Below, piece by piece: positions 1 through 8,166 of a DNA stretch of 40,868 bases. Each line of letters starts with the position of its first letter. Within the stretch, counting starts at the first letter, position 1. A program made the translations under genes and the position numbers. The stretch is from NCBI GenBank assembly GCA_964371665.1, contig CAYJNP010000001.1, forward strand, positions 37,862-78,729, written 5' to 3'. The notes under the pieces were generated by a model that did no database searches, was not told where the DNA came from, and worked only from the letters and a program-made list of their open reading frames with translations. The stretch comes from an uncultured Eubacteriales bacterium. Its GTDB lineage: Bacteria > Bacillota > Clostridia > Oscillospirales > Acutalibacteraceae.

Positions 1-245
1 AATTCACCAAAACCTTGTCTCATTGTTGTTAAAGGTTGATTTATAATATTTAACTTTTGTAAAAAATCAATATATTCTGGTCCACTATCATATTTTCTAA
101 TAGCTATTGTACCTTTTAACATTGGTGAATTCAAATTAGTTGTCATAACATCCCATGTTTCCCAAAAACCTTCAATATTAGCGTGTAATATTAACGCCGT
201 ATTTCCGTTATTAGAATAGGTTTGTTTTTCAATTTTCACTTTCAT
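1..245 (-). CDS. hypothetical protein, C-terminus cut by window edge (possibly DUF4313-like)
   Basis: Minus-strand ATG at 245..243 opens a frame that runs off the window start (81 codons, no stop): MKVKIEKQTYSNNGNTALILHANIEGFWETWDVMTTNLNSP... It is absent from the ORF track because it is edge-truncated. No clear SD. The family guess rests only on a remembered Y-x-NG-x-x-A-L ... T-x-N-L pattern. Confidence 0.45.
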   Translation of the reverse strand, partial: MKVKIEKQTYSNNGNTALILHANIEGFWETWDVMTTNLNSPMLKGTIAIRKYDSGPEYIDFLQKLNIINQPLTTMRQGFGE

Positions 246-264
246 ATATCTGAAATATAACATG

Positions 265-1572
265 TTATTTCTCTCTTTCTAATCTGAATTTCACAGATTC
301 TTGTAAATATTCGAAAAATTTATCATCTAAACACATTGTTTTTCCAGGTGTATCTGATATTTTGGCAACCGGTCTATCATTAACTTTTTGTAATTTAATT
401 ACAATATTTAATGCTGGTTTATTTGTGTGATTAGATAAATGTGTTCCGATACCAAATACTACATTAATTCTATCTTTAAAATGTTCATGAATCGCTTGTG
501 CTTTATCACAATCTAAAGAATCAGAAAATAATAAGGTTTTAGTTTTAGGATCAATTTTATATTTTTCATAATGTTTAATCATTTTTTCTCCCCATTCATA
601 TGGGTCTCCACTATCATGTCTTACACCTTTAAAACAATTTGCATGTTTAAAAGTGAAGTCTTTTAAAAATAAATCAGTTGTTAAAGTATCAGTTAAAGCA
701 ATCCCATTATCACCTTGATACTCATCGAACCAATCTTCCATCGCTTTATTATTAGTATAAGCTAATGGTAAATCATTTATACCTTGAAACATTTGTACAT
801 ATTCATGTGCATAAGTTCCAATTGGTATTAGATTGTATTTTTTTGCTAAATAAACATTTGATGTTCCATTCATACATTTTGTTTCTCTTAATCTGTTGAC
901 AACATGATCCTGCCAATCTCTAGAAAGTCTTCTTCTACAGCCAAATTCTGCAAATTTAAAATTATATTTTCCTTCTTTAAATTTATCAATTTTAGATGCT
1001 AACAATTTTTCAGCATGTGTATACATTTTTTCTTCTTCTTCGTCTTTATATGTATAATTAAAATAAATTTCATTTATTATTTCTAGTAAATAAATTTCAA
1101 ATTGCATAGCACTAAATAGAGGACCTTTTACAATTACTCGTAATTCATCATCTTTAGTCAAATAAGTATGAACGTATTCTCTAATTGGTCTCCATAATCT
1201 TAAAAATTCTACATAATCATAAGATAAAAACCTAATAGATTTTAAATAATCTAATTCATCTTCTGTGAATTTTAATGAACATAAGTGTTCAATTTCTACT
1301 AAAATTGCTACATACATTTCCCATGTGAATTTAACATCTTTACTTCTACATTTAAAATGGTATTCACCGACCAAATTAGAATGTTTATGAAACATTACTT
1401 GATTCATATTAAATTTATATAAATCTGTATCTAATAAAGATTGTATGATTCTTCCATTTGTTCCATTTTTTTCATAATAATTTTTTGCTTGTAATTGTGC
1501 TACCACTAATACATTCATATTATGTGTAATTAAAGCGTCTTTTGATTCTGGAAACATTTCACTTGATTTCAT
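265..1572 (-). CDS. pncB: nicotinate phosphoribosyltransferase (PncB family, NAD salvage)
   Basis: Near-colinear with E. coli PncB across all blocks I remember: LLDTDLYKFNMNQ, FGCRRRLSRDWQ, GTSNVYLAKK..IGTYAHEY (phospho-His region), GIALTDTLTTDLFLKDF, GVRHDSGDPYEWGEKMIKHYEKYKIDPKTKTLLFSDSLD, FGIGTHLSN..LNIVIKL..RPVAKISDTPGKTMC. SD AGAGGTAAAAT precedes the ATG. Confidence 0.93.
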   Translation of the reverse strand: MKSSEMFPESKDALITHNMNVLVVAQLQAKNYYEKNGTNGRIIQSLLDTDLYKFNMNQVMFHKHSNLVGEYHFKCRSKDVKFTWEMYVAILVEIEHLCSLKFTEDELDYLKSIRFLSYDYVEFLRLWRPIREYVHTYLTKDDELRVIVKGPLFSAMQFEIYLLEIINEIYFNYTYKDEEEEKMYTHAEKLLASKIDKFKEGKYNFKFAEFGCRRRLSRDWQDHVVNRLRETKCMNGTSNVYLAKKYNLIPIGTYAHEYVQMFQGINDLPLAYTNNKAMEDWFDEYQGDNGIALTDTLTTDLFLKDFTFKHANCFKGVRHDSGDPYEWGEKMIKHYEKYKIDPKTKTLLFSDSLDCDKAQAIHEHFKDRINVVFGIGTHLSNHTNKPALNIVIKLQKVNDRPVAKISDTPGKTMCLDDKFFEYLQESVKFRLEREK

Positions 1573-1583
1573 ATTTTACCTCT

Positions 1584-2654
1584 TTAAATTAATTTTATAT
1601 TTTGAATCATTTTACCATATGTTGATACAGAAACAAAAGAAAACTTCCTCAAATTATCTATATATTTATCGAAACCGATATAATATTTAGTATTTGTATC
1701 TTTTAATTTTATTAATATATCTTTTACATGCATATACATAAATAATTCAGTTTCAATTTCTTTTCCATCTTTAATTAAAATATCTTCTGTAGTTATTTCA
1801 TCTTCTAAATTTTTCAATATTAAAAGAGTTTTTCCGAAAATAAAATCTTCTTCTACTTCTTTTAATTCATAACTTATATCAAAATTGTCCACATTAATAT
1901 TTTCATTTTTTCTATTTATTATTAATTCTCTTTCCTCTTCAAACATATATAATTCATACATTTGTTTTCCTTCATAATAAACAGAAGTTTTGCTAATAGG
2001 TCTTTTCATTTCTTTACAAAATAAATATCTGAAATAAATTTCATTTTCTTCATCTCGTTTTTCTAATAAATGTAAACAATTCTTTTTACCTTTATTTAAT
2101 TTCAAATCTCTCAAAACTTTTATATCTTGAAGAGTTAAACGAACTGAACCACCTTTTAGTAACCATTGATAAAAACTATTATCAATTTCTTTTAATTCAA
2201 TTTCACAATTAGCAAATTGTACTTCATCGAATAGTATTTTTATCTTTCCGTCTTTTTCTATTAGAATTATTTCCTCTACAGTTTTATAAATATCTAAATT
2301 TTTTAACTCACTATAAATGAATTTAAAAAAATCAGAAACATTCATCTTCTCTTTATTGAGTTTTTTTAATTCTTCTTTTTCATTTTTTTCTAATTCTTTT
2401 TGTAAAGCTTTTTCAGCTTTTAATTTAGCTCTGTTTTCTTTTTCTATTTCTTTAATTTCTTTTTTTCTTGCAGAAATTTCTTTCTTATATTGTTTCAATA
2501 CAGAGTTTAATTCTAATCTTTCTTCTTCTGAAAGATTATCTATATTTTCAGATTTATTGATTAAATTATCAATAAATTCATTATTAATTTCTAATTCCAT
2601 AATATAAATGAAGAAGAGTAGAAATCTACTCTTCATCCTTTCTTTGTAATTCAT
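1584..2654 (-). CDS. hypothetical protein with K/E-rich coiled-coil N-terminal half
   Basis: Long ORF in an AT-rich background with a K/E heptad-like stretch (EISARKKEIKEIEKENRAKLKAEKALQKELEKNEKEELKKL). The start is uncertain: 2654 overlaps the upstream gene by 29 nt, and an alternative ATG at 2600 gives MELEINN. Neither has a good SD. Confidence 0.6.
   Translation of the reverse strand: MNYKERMKSRFLLFFIYIMELEINNEFIDNLINKSENIDNLSEEERLELNSVLKQYKKEISARKKEIKEIEKENRAKLKAEKALQKELEKNEKEELKKLNKEKMNVSDFFKFIYSELKNLDIYKTVEEIILIEKDGKIKILFDEVQFANCEIELKEIDNSFYQWLLKGGSVRLTLQDIKVLRDLKLNKGKKNCLHLLEKRDEENEIYFRYLFCKEMKRPISKTSVYYEGKQMYELYMFEEERELIINRKNENINVDNFDISYELKEVEEDFIFGKTLLILKNLEDEITTEDILIKDGKEIETELFMYMHVKDILIKLKDTNTKYYIGFDKYIDNLRKFSFVSVSTYGKMIQNIKLI
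2613..2634 (-). promoter_or_regulatory. intercistronic stem-loop overlapping the stop codon of 2626..3492
   Basis: 9-bp perfect inverted repeat gaagagtag (2613-2621) / ctactcttc (2626-2634) with a 4-nt loop. The downstream tract is only partly U-rich, so this may be an attenuator or an RNA-stability element rather than a full terminator. Confidence 0.3.
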
Positions 2655-3492
2655 AATTTATCAAATTTAAAATTTCTTCTTTGCGATTTTCATTTTCATT
2701 TAATAAATTAATTAATTCATTAAATTTTAATTCTATTTTATCTACATTTTTATCTTCTATTAGTTGAACTTCTAATTCTAAAAATTCACAAAATAACATA
2801 AAAGTTTTATCCCACATAGATGATGTATTTCTTAAAAGATTAATATCATTATATGCTTTCTCTGCTCTCTCTTCAAATCTTTCTGCATAATATTCTTTAA
2901 CATCATTATAAGTGATATTTCTTGCGTTCATATGTTGAATTATTGCAGCCTTTAAAGGTGGTGTATCTTCTGTTATTTTAAAATATAATCTTTTTGCATT
3001 TTTTTCTGGAATAGATTCCGTATAATTAAAATTAAATTTTTCATTAATTTTTTCTAAATATATATCTTTTTTATTTATATTTGTTTTTAATAACATTAAA
3101 AGTTCATTAGTCACTGTTAATAAATGATCATGTTCTCCTTTTGGTGTTAGTAATAAATCTAAATTTAAAAATTTACAAAATAATAAAAATGTTTTATCTA
3201 ACATAGATGAATTATTTTTCAATAAATTAACATCATTATATGCTTTTTCCACTTTTGCTTTACTATCAAAAATAGTTGAATAAAAATCTTTTACATCTGT
3301 ATAATAAATTTCTCTTTCATTAATATTTTCAATAATAATAGCTTTTAATGGTGGTGTTTCTTCATCAATATCGAAGTAGAGCCTTTTTACAGCTCTAACT
3401 TCTTTATTCTTTTTTAATTTACTTTTATTGGTTTTACAATCTTCGATAGATTGTAAAACTTCATTTAAAATAGTTTCTTTTAAATTGTTCAT
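2626..3492 (-). CDS. hypothetical protein made of two tandem ~125-aa repeats (possible HTH-like DNA-binding modules)
   Basis: Internal duplication: aa 36-113 (KRLYFDIDEETPPLKAIIIENINEREIYYTDVKDFY..AYNDVNLLKNNSSMLDKTFLLFCKFLNL) versus aa 167-243 (KRLYFKITEDTPPLKAAIIQHMNARNITYNDVKEYY..AYNDINLLRNTSSMWDKTFMLFCEFLEL). The spacing loosely resembles XRE-type HTH domains. Confidence 0.7.
   Translation of the reverse strand: MNNLKETILNEVLQSIEDCKTNKSKLKKNKEVRAVKRLYFDIDEETPPLKAIIIENINEREIYYTDVKDFYSTIFDSKAKVEKAYNDVNLLKNNSSMLDKTFLLFCKFLNLDLLLTPKGEHDHLLTVTNELLMLLKTNINKKDIYLEKINEKFNFNYTESIPEKNAKRLYFKITEDTPPLKAAIIQHMNARNITYNDVKEYYAERFEERAEKAYNDINLLRNTSSMWDKTFMLFCEFLELEVQLIEDKNVDKIELKFNELINLLNENENRKEEILNLINYELQRKDEE
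2764..3387 (-). repeat. in-frame tandem duplication inside CDS 2626..3492 (copies about 3154..3387 and 2764..2994)
   Basis: The two protein halves align residue for residue with a single 4-aa gap. Roughly half the positions are identical, including the PPLKA, AYND(V/I)NLL and DKTF(L/M)LFC(K/E)FL blocks. Confidence 0.8.
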
Positions 3493-3514
3493 AATCTATC
3501 CTATCTTCTATTTT

Positions 3515-4471
3515 TTATTGATCAAATAAAGAATTAATTGCATCCTCATCGATACTTTCAAATTCTTCAACTTCATCTGTAAATGCTGCAACTTTTGGAT
3601 TTTCTTTCATAAAATCTGATGGTTTAACATCATTATATGATGGCTGTTCTGCTTTAGTTGTATTTACAGTTTGTGATTGTTGTGTGTAATAAGGATTTTG
3701 TACCGCTGTACCATTTCCATAAGGTGATTGTCCGTATGATGGTTGAGGGATTTGATTCCCTTGATTATAATTATTTCTATTATAATTTCCATTTTGTCCA
3801 CCAGTTTGTCTAGTATTTGTCGTTCTTGTACCACTATTAGATGTCGGTGTTGTACCTCCGCTTATTTTTGTAGAAAGAAACGCTTGTGAGTGAAGTAAAT
3901 TTACTAAACCTAAGTTTAATTCTTGGATGATTAATGAAATCATGAAGAATTCTTTTAAACTTAATACTGATGCTGTTGGAGCACCTGGAATTGTAATTGA
4001 TACTGATGGGAAGAAATTTCCATTATTATCTTGGAAAACATCCGTTCTTAATTGGAAACTAATAAATGCATTTTTTACCCCAATATTTTGTACCGTAAAT
4101 GGTTGTGAAAATTTAGGATTTACTAATAATGATTTACTAATTACTCTACCTTCATTATCTTTATTATCAATTTCATTAAACGCTTCACCGCTATCAATTG
4201 CATTTTCTAACTTTTTAACAATTGCTTTTAATTCTTTTAATTGTGCTGCACTTGTATATACTGATTTTGATTGCATGAAATCATCAGCTACAAAATATGT
4301 AAATACTAAATAAGTACCTGCTTCATTATAAATTGTACCTTTATCTGTAATAGAAATAGTATCTCTTTTTGTTTTATCTTGTTTTTCTCTTGTAAATAAA
4401 GTTTCTGTTGTTAGCTTGAAAAAAGCATCCGTACTTTCAAATTCTCTTCTAATATATTTTTCTATTTTCAT
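3515..4471 (-). CDS. putative single-stranded DNA-binding protein
   Basis: Architecture only: a ~200-aa globular N-terminal domain, then a G/Q/N/Y/P-rich low-complexity linker (GGTTPTSNSGTRTTNTRQTGGQNGNYNRNNYNQGNQIPQPSYGQSPYGNG...), then an acidic C-terminal tip (EVEEFESIDEDAINSLFDQ). This matches bacterial and phage SSBs. It lies next to the helicase gene. Confidence 0.4.
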   Translation of the reverse strand: MKIEKYIRREFESTDAFFKLTTETLFTREKQDKTKRDTISITDKGTIYNEAGTYLVFTYFVADDFMQSKSVYTSAAQLKELKAIVKKLENAIDSGEAFNEIDNKDNEGRVISKSLLVNPKFSQPFTVQNIGVKNAFISFQLRTDVFQDNNGNFFPSVSITIPGAPTASVLSLKEFFMISLIIQELNLGLVNLLHSQAFLSTKISGGTTPTSNSGTRTTNTRQTGGQNGNYNRNNYNQGNQIPQPSYGQSPYGNGTAVQNPYYTQQSQTVNTTKAEQPSYNDVKPSDFMKENPKVAAFTDEVEEFESIDEDAINSLFDQ

Positions 4472-4496
4472 TTATTCTACCTATTCTTTCTTTAAA

Positions 4497-5930
4497 TTAA
4501 TTTTTCTTTTTATAATCAACAATTGACTTAACTTTGGCTTTGTAAAGCCTTTTTCTATCTGTTAACATTGATTTACATTGTGGAAAACCTCTATCGGTTA
4601 CATCAATATAAATATGTCTTTTGTCTTTTCCGTATCTTATTCTTCCCATAGTTTGTTCTAGTTTTACAGCACTTCTGAATTGATCGAAATTTATAATACA
4701 TTCAATCTCTTCTTTATCTAAAGCTTTCTCAAACATTTTACTTGTTGTTAAAATGAATTGATTTTTTACTGCTTCGATTCTATCTTTTTCTTTCATAGAA
4801 CCGGTTAATTTTGAACATTCTATTTCATATTTTTTTAAATATTCATCTAAAATTATTTTTGTATTTTCTATTAATTCTATTTCTGGTAATATAATAACAG
4901 TTTGCATTTTTCTATCGAATAATTTAAATTCGTCCATTATTTCTAATAAACATTCGTCAAATTTTTCTTTTCCTTTATCATATAACCATCTACACCAATT
5001 ATTAATTGAAAAACCTCTATTAGTACTAATATTGGCTTTTACAATTGCTGGTGGTTCTGAATCAAACCTATATAATATTACATTTAAATATCTTTCAACT
5101 ACATTATCTACAAATTTACCATTAAAATATGGTATCTTTTTAAATATACGACTATAAATTATATCTTCAGAAAATTGACTCCTAGATGGAGTTGCTGTTA
5201 AATATAAAATATATTCTACATTTGATAATGAATTTATTTGACACGTACTTTTCATATTATGATGTGCTTCATCAAAAATCTTAATTCCGATTTTTAAATC
5301 TTTACATAATTGACTCATAGAATTTTTATCTTTTGCAATCATACTATCTAGAGTTCTATTTACGGCTATGAATACTTCACAATCCGAATTTTCATCTTTA
5401 ATAGTTTTTGCTCCAGAAATAATTTTAATTTTATTTTCATTAATATCTGTATGTAATAAAAATTGGTTTCGCCATTGTTCAGCTAAACTTATTTTATCAA
5501 CAATTATTAATGGTCGAACATTTAATTCTTTTGTTAATAAGATACTTGTAAATGTTTTACCTTTTCCAGTAGCCAAAGATAAAAATCTTTGCTTGTTTTC
5601 TGGATCATATTTCATTCTCTTTAAAAATTTCAATCCTTCTCTTTGAAGGTCGTCACGTATTTGATTAACCATATTATATGATACTCCTGAATAAATAGAA
5701 GTTGTCAAATAATTCTTGACAACTTTTTTATTTGGAAAATATTTTAAAATAACATCTGCTGTTATACTTGATGGTATATATACATCATTGTTAACAATTG
5801 TAAAAACATTATTAACATATCTGAAACATACTTTATCGTAAACAGAAAATGCTTTATAAAAATCATCATATTCTTTTGTGTTAAAATCAACGTCACGAAT
5901 AACTATATTATTTCTACCTACTTCTATCAC
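4497..5930 (-). CDS. SF2 DEAH-box DNA/RNA helicase
   Basis: Motif I LATGKGKTFTS, motif II IFDEAHH, motif III LTATPSRS, motif VI QTMGRIRYG. GTG start preceded by SD AAAAGGTGAT. Confidence 0.85.
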   Translation of the reverse strand: MIEVGRNNIVIRDVDFNTKEYDDFYKAFSVYDKVCFRYVNNVFTIVNNDVYIPSSITADVILKYFPNKKVVKNYLTTSIYSGVSYNMVNQIRDDLQREGLKFLKRMKYDPENKQRFLSLATGKGKTFTSILLTKELNVRPLIIVDKISLAEQWRNQFLLHTDINENKIKIISGAKTIKDENSDCEVFIAVNRTLDSMIAKDKNSMSQLCKDLKIGIKIFDEAHHNMKSTCQINSLSNVEYILYLTATPSRSQFSEDIIYSRIFKKIPYFNGKFVDNVVERYLNVILYRFDSEPPAIVKANISTNRGFSINNWCRWLYDKGKEKFDECLLEIMDEFKLFDRKMQTVIILPEIELIENTKIILDEYLKKYEIECSKLTGSMKEKDRIEAVKNQFILTTSKMFEKALDKEEIECIINFDQFRSAVKLEQTMGRIRYGKDKRHIYIDVTDRGFPQCKSMLTDRKRLYKAKVKSIVDYKKKN

Positions 5931-5953
5931 AAATAATCACCTTTTTTATAATT

Positions 5954-5968
5954 TATAATAAATTGTTC
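5954..5968 (-). promoter_or_regulatory. phage promoter-like motif GAACAATTTATTATA (upstream of the helicase gene)
   Basis: One of 12 copies of GAACAAT-N-W-ATTATA. Intergenic and oriented toward the downstream gene. Confidence 0.55.
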
Positions 5969-5990
5969 TTTACATTATAAAATATTAAAA

Positions 5991-7862
5991 TTATTTATAT
6001 AAATGATCTAAATAAGAACTTTCTCTTTTTTGATATGTTCTCAAATCACCCAATTGTTGACTGATTCTTTCATACGATAAAGATTTAGTTATTGGACCAT
6101 TTAATATAGTTGTAGAAGCTCTTGAAATTTTATAATTCGGCTTTTTAGTTTTACTAAAATCTACTCTTTTTAAAGTTTTTGGATCTATTATTAATACTGA
6201 TAATAACATTTCTGCATGTATTGCTTGGATATTTCCAAGATTATTATCTATTGCTAGTTCACAGAATTTTTCTAATAATTCTTCATAATTATCAATATCT
6301 AAGTGATTCGATGATTCAAATAAACCAATGATATCATTCAATGATTTATTTAATTCGTGATTTTGTACAAAATATTTAAATACATAATCGTCGAATTCTT
6401 CAGACTTGATTGTTATGATGTCTTTATTACATTTTATTTCTGGGTTTAATAATAAATCAATCGGTAAATCATACTCTGTTGATGTTTTATTTTCTAAATC
6501 ATTTAAAGTTATCTTCCTGATGATAAATAAATCTGTATCTTCATCAATATCTTCAGGACTAGGTTTTTCGAAACTAATTGAATAATCAGCACTTGATTTA
6601 AATGCTATTGTATCTAAATTAATTTCAAAACATTCCATAAATTCTTCTGAAAAATCTATTTTCTTTGAATTTGTTGATAAGAAATGCTTTGCTGATAATA
6701 AATATTGCATAATAGGTTCCATAAGGTTCTTATTAGCATTAATACCCGTGTGTAAATATCTATTCTTTTCAGCTAATTCTCTACCATAACATGTTGTACA
6801 TACACTAGTTTTTCCTGCACAAGTAACCGGAGTACGTAAAGCTATAGTTTTCCCAATAAGATTTTTACTATCTTTGGTTTTTAAATCAATAGTATAAAGT
6901 TCAGGTAAGAAAGCCCCACTATCTTCATCTATTAATTTATAATGTCTTCCAGAAAACATTTTTAATTGTTTTTCTGATTTTATCGTTATTTTTGATAAAT
7001 GTTTAGTTCCACAATCATGAAAATCAGGATCATGAAATCTATCTACTGCTGCTAAATCTAGCGTTCTAGTCGTATAACCAGATTTTCTTACGTTATTATA
7101 ATTAATACATTGTGCTTTTCTTGTACCAACGCAATTCATATAATAAAATTCTTTTGTCGACATTCCATATAAATAGTTGTCCGTTACTACTTTATGGAAA
7201 ATACCATTATACATATCGGGTTTTAAACCTACAAAACATGCTAATTGTCTAAATTGATTTTTATTAATACCTGTTTTAGTTATACCGTAATCATATAAAG
7301 ATATTGATTTATCTTCAACAATTACTTCCATAAGTTCATCTGCTAAATTATTTGCTAATTTTTCTACTTCGTCAAACTTTAAATTCTTTGGAATCGTTGG
7401 ACGAACAATCTTTTTAAATCTTTGATTAGTCGCTATTAACTTAACGAAATCAAATAGTGAAAAATTAACTCCTAATTTTTTATTAAAATTAACACAAGAA
7501 ACTAAATCGTCTAGCATTAATTGTAAATTCGTTTTAAAAAATTCATAATCATTATTATTTTGTGTAAATCTATCAAGACATCTATTAGTATATTCACTAA
7601 TAATTTTAGAATTTATAATTGTTTCAAAATATAAATCCTCTTCTTCAATCTTGATATTTGAATCTACATAAAATTTTAATAAAATTAAATTAATTAATGC
7701 GAATTTTTGAGTAGTAGAATATTCTTTTTTATTCAAGATAATTGTGCACTTACCTTGTCTACTAGAGAAATATCTACTAATATGATTTTTTAATTCTTCT
7801 TTTGTCTTTACAAATAGTTGTGAATCATCTTGAAGTATGTCTAAATCATATACTGGATTCAT
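5991..7862 (-). CDS. multisubunit RNA polymerase beta-prime-like subunit, C-terminal portion (split rpoC-type gene)
   Basis: NYLYGMSTKEFYYMNCVGTRKAQCINYNNVRKSGYTTRTLDLAAVD matches beta-prime region F (..EGL...EYF.S.HGARKGL.DTALKTA.SGYLTRRLVDVAQD). RTPVTCAGKTSVCTTCYGRELAEKN..TGINANKNLMEPIMQYLLSAKHF matches the region G/trigger-loop block (..TC...VC..CYG.DLA...G..VG..A.QSIGEP.TQLT..TFH). At 623 aa it is only part of a beta-prime. SD GAGGACGTGA. Confidence 0.8.
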   Translation of the reverse strand: MNPVYDLDILQDDSQLFVKTKEELKNHISRYFSSRQGKCTIILNKKEYSTTQKFALINLILLKFYVDSNIKIEEEDLYFETIINSKIISEYTNRCLDRFTQNNNDYEFFKTNLQLMLDDLVSCVNFNKKLGVNFSLFDFVKLIATNQRFKKIVRPTIPKNLKFDEVEKLANNLADELMEVIVEDKSISLYDYGITKTGINKNQFRQLACFVGLKPDMYNGIFHKVVTDNYLYGMSTKEFYYMNCVGTRKAQCINYNNVRKSGYTTRTLDLAAVDRFHDPDFHDCGTKHLSKITIKSEKQLKMFSGRHYKLIDEDSGAFLPELYTIDLKTKDSKNLIGKTIALRTPVTCAGKTSVCTTCYGRELAEKNRYLHTGINANKNLMEPIMQYLLSAKHFLSTNSKKIDFSEEFMECFEINLDTIAFKSSADYSISFEKPSPEDIDEDTDLFIIRKITLNDLENKTSTEYDLPIDLLLNPEIKCNKDIITIKSEEFDDYVFKYFVQNHELNKSLNDIIGLFESSNHLDIDNYEELLEKFCELAIDNNLGNIQAIHAEMLLSVLIIDPKTLKRVDFSKTKKPNYKISRASTTILNGPITKSLSYERISQQLGDLRTYQKRESSYLDHLYK

Positions 7863-7928
7863 AATATCACGTCCTCAATATTACATTTCTGTAATTCTCT
7901 TACATTAAAGAATGATTTCATTATATCC

Positions 7929-7943
7929 ATTATTATAATATAT
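7929..7943 (-). promoter_or_regulatory. AT-rich motif ATATATTATAATAAT upstream of the RNAP gene (possible second promoter class)
   Basis: The RNAP gene has no GAACAAT motif upstream. This element resembles the TTGTTTATATATTATTAT 18-mer shared by 16533..16550 and 22131..22148. Confidence 0.25.
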
Positions 7944-7963
7944 AGATATAATTTTTTTTGATA

Positions 7964-7998
7964 AAAAGAACAAGAAGAAATTAATCTTCTTGTTTTTT
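7964..7998. terminator. bidirectional rho-independent terminator
   Basis: 10-bp perfect stem aacaagaaga (7969-7978) / tcttcttgtt (7985-7994), extendable with A:T and G:U pairs. Flanked by an A-run on one side and a T-run on the other. Overlaps the stop of the small ORF 7981..8151. Confidence 0.7.
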
Positions 7999-8151
7999 AT
8001 TTTTTGTTATTAAAGATTCATTTAAGTATTTTAAATTATCACCGAATTTACATTCTTTGATTAATTCTACTTTTTCCGATTCTGTTAATTGAACTTTTTT
8101 GATTTTATTTATTTCAATTTGTTCATTTAGTTTTTTAAATAATTTACTCAT
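7981..8151 (-). CDS. small hypothetical protein (56 aa), not in the ORF track
   Basis: ATG at 8151..8149 is preceded by SD GGTGA at 5-nt spacing (GATCGGTGAACTAAATG). Translation: MSKLFKKLNEQIEINKIKKVQLTESEKVELIKECKFGDNLKYLNESLITKNKKQED. The stop lies inside the terminator hairpin. Confidence 0.55.
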   Translation of the reverse strand: MSKLFKKLNEQIEINKIKKVQLTESEKVELIKECKFGDNLKYLNESLITKNKKQED

Positions 8152-8166
8152 TTAGTTCACCGATCC

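Noticed and set aside
2317-5646. Plus-strand track ORFs 2317..2607, 3927..4313 and 5368..5646.
   Set aside because: Each is fully embedded antisense in a longer minus-strand ORF with recognisable motifs or better coding character. None has an RBS, and their translations are low-complexity.
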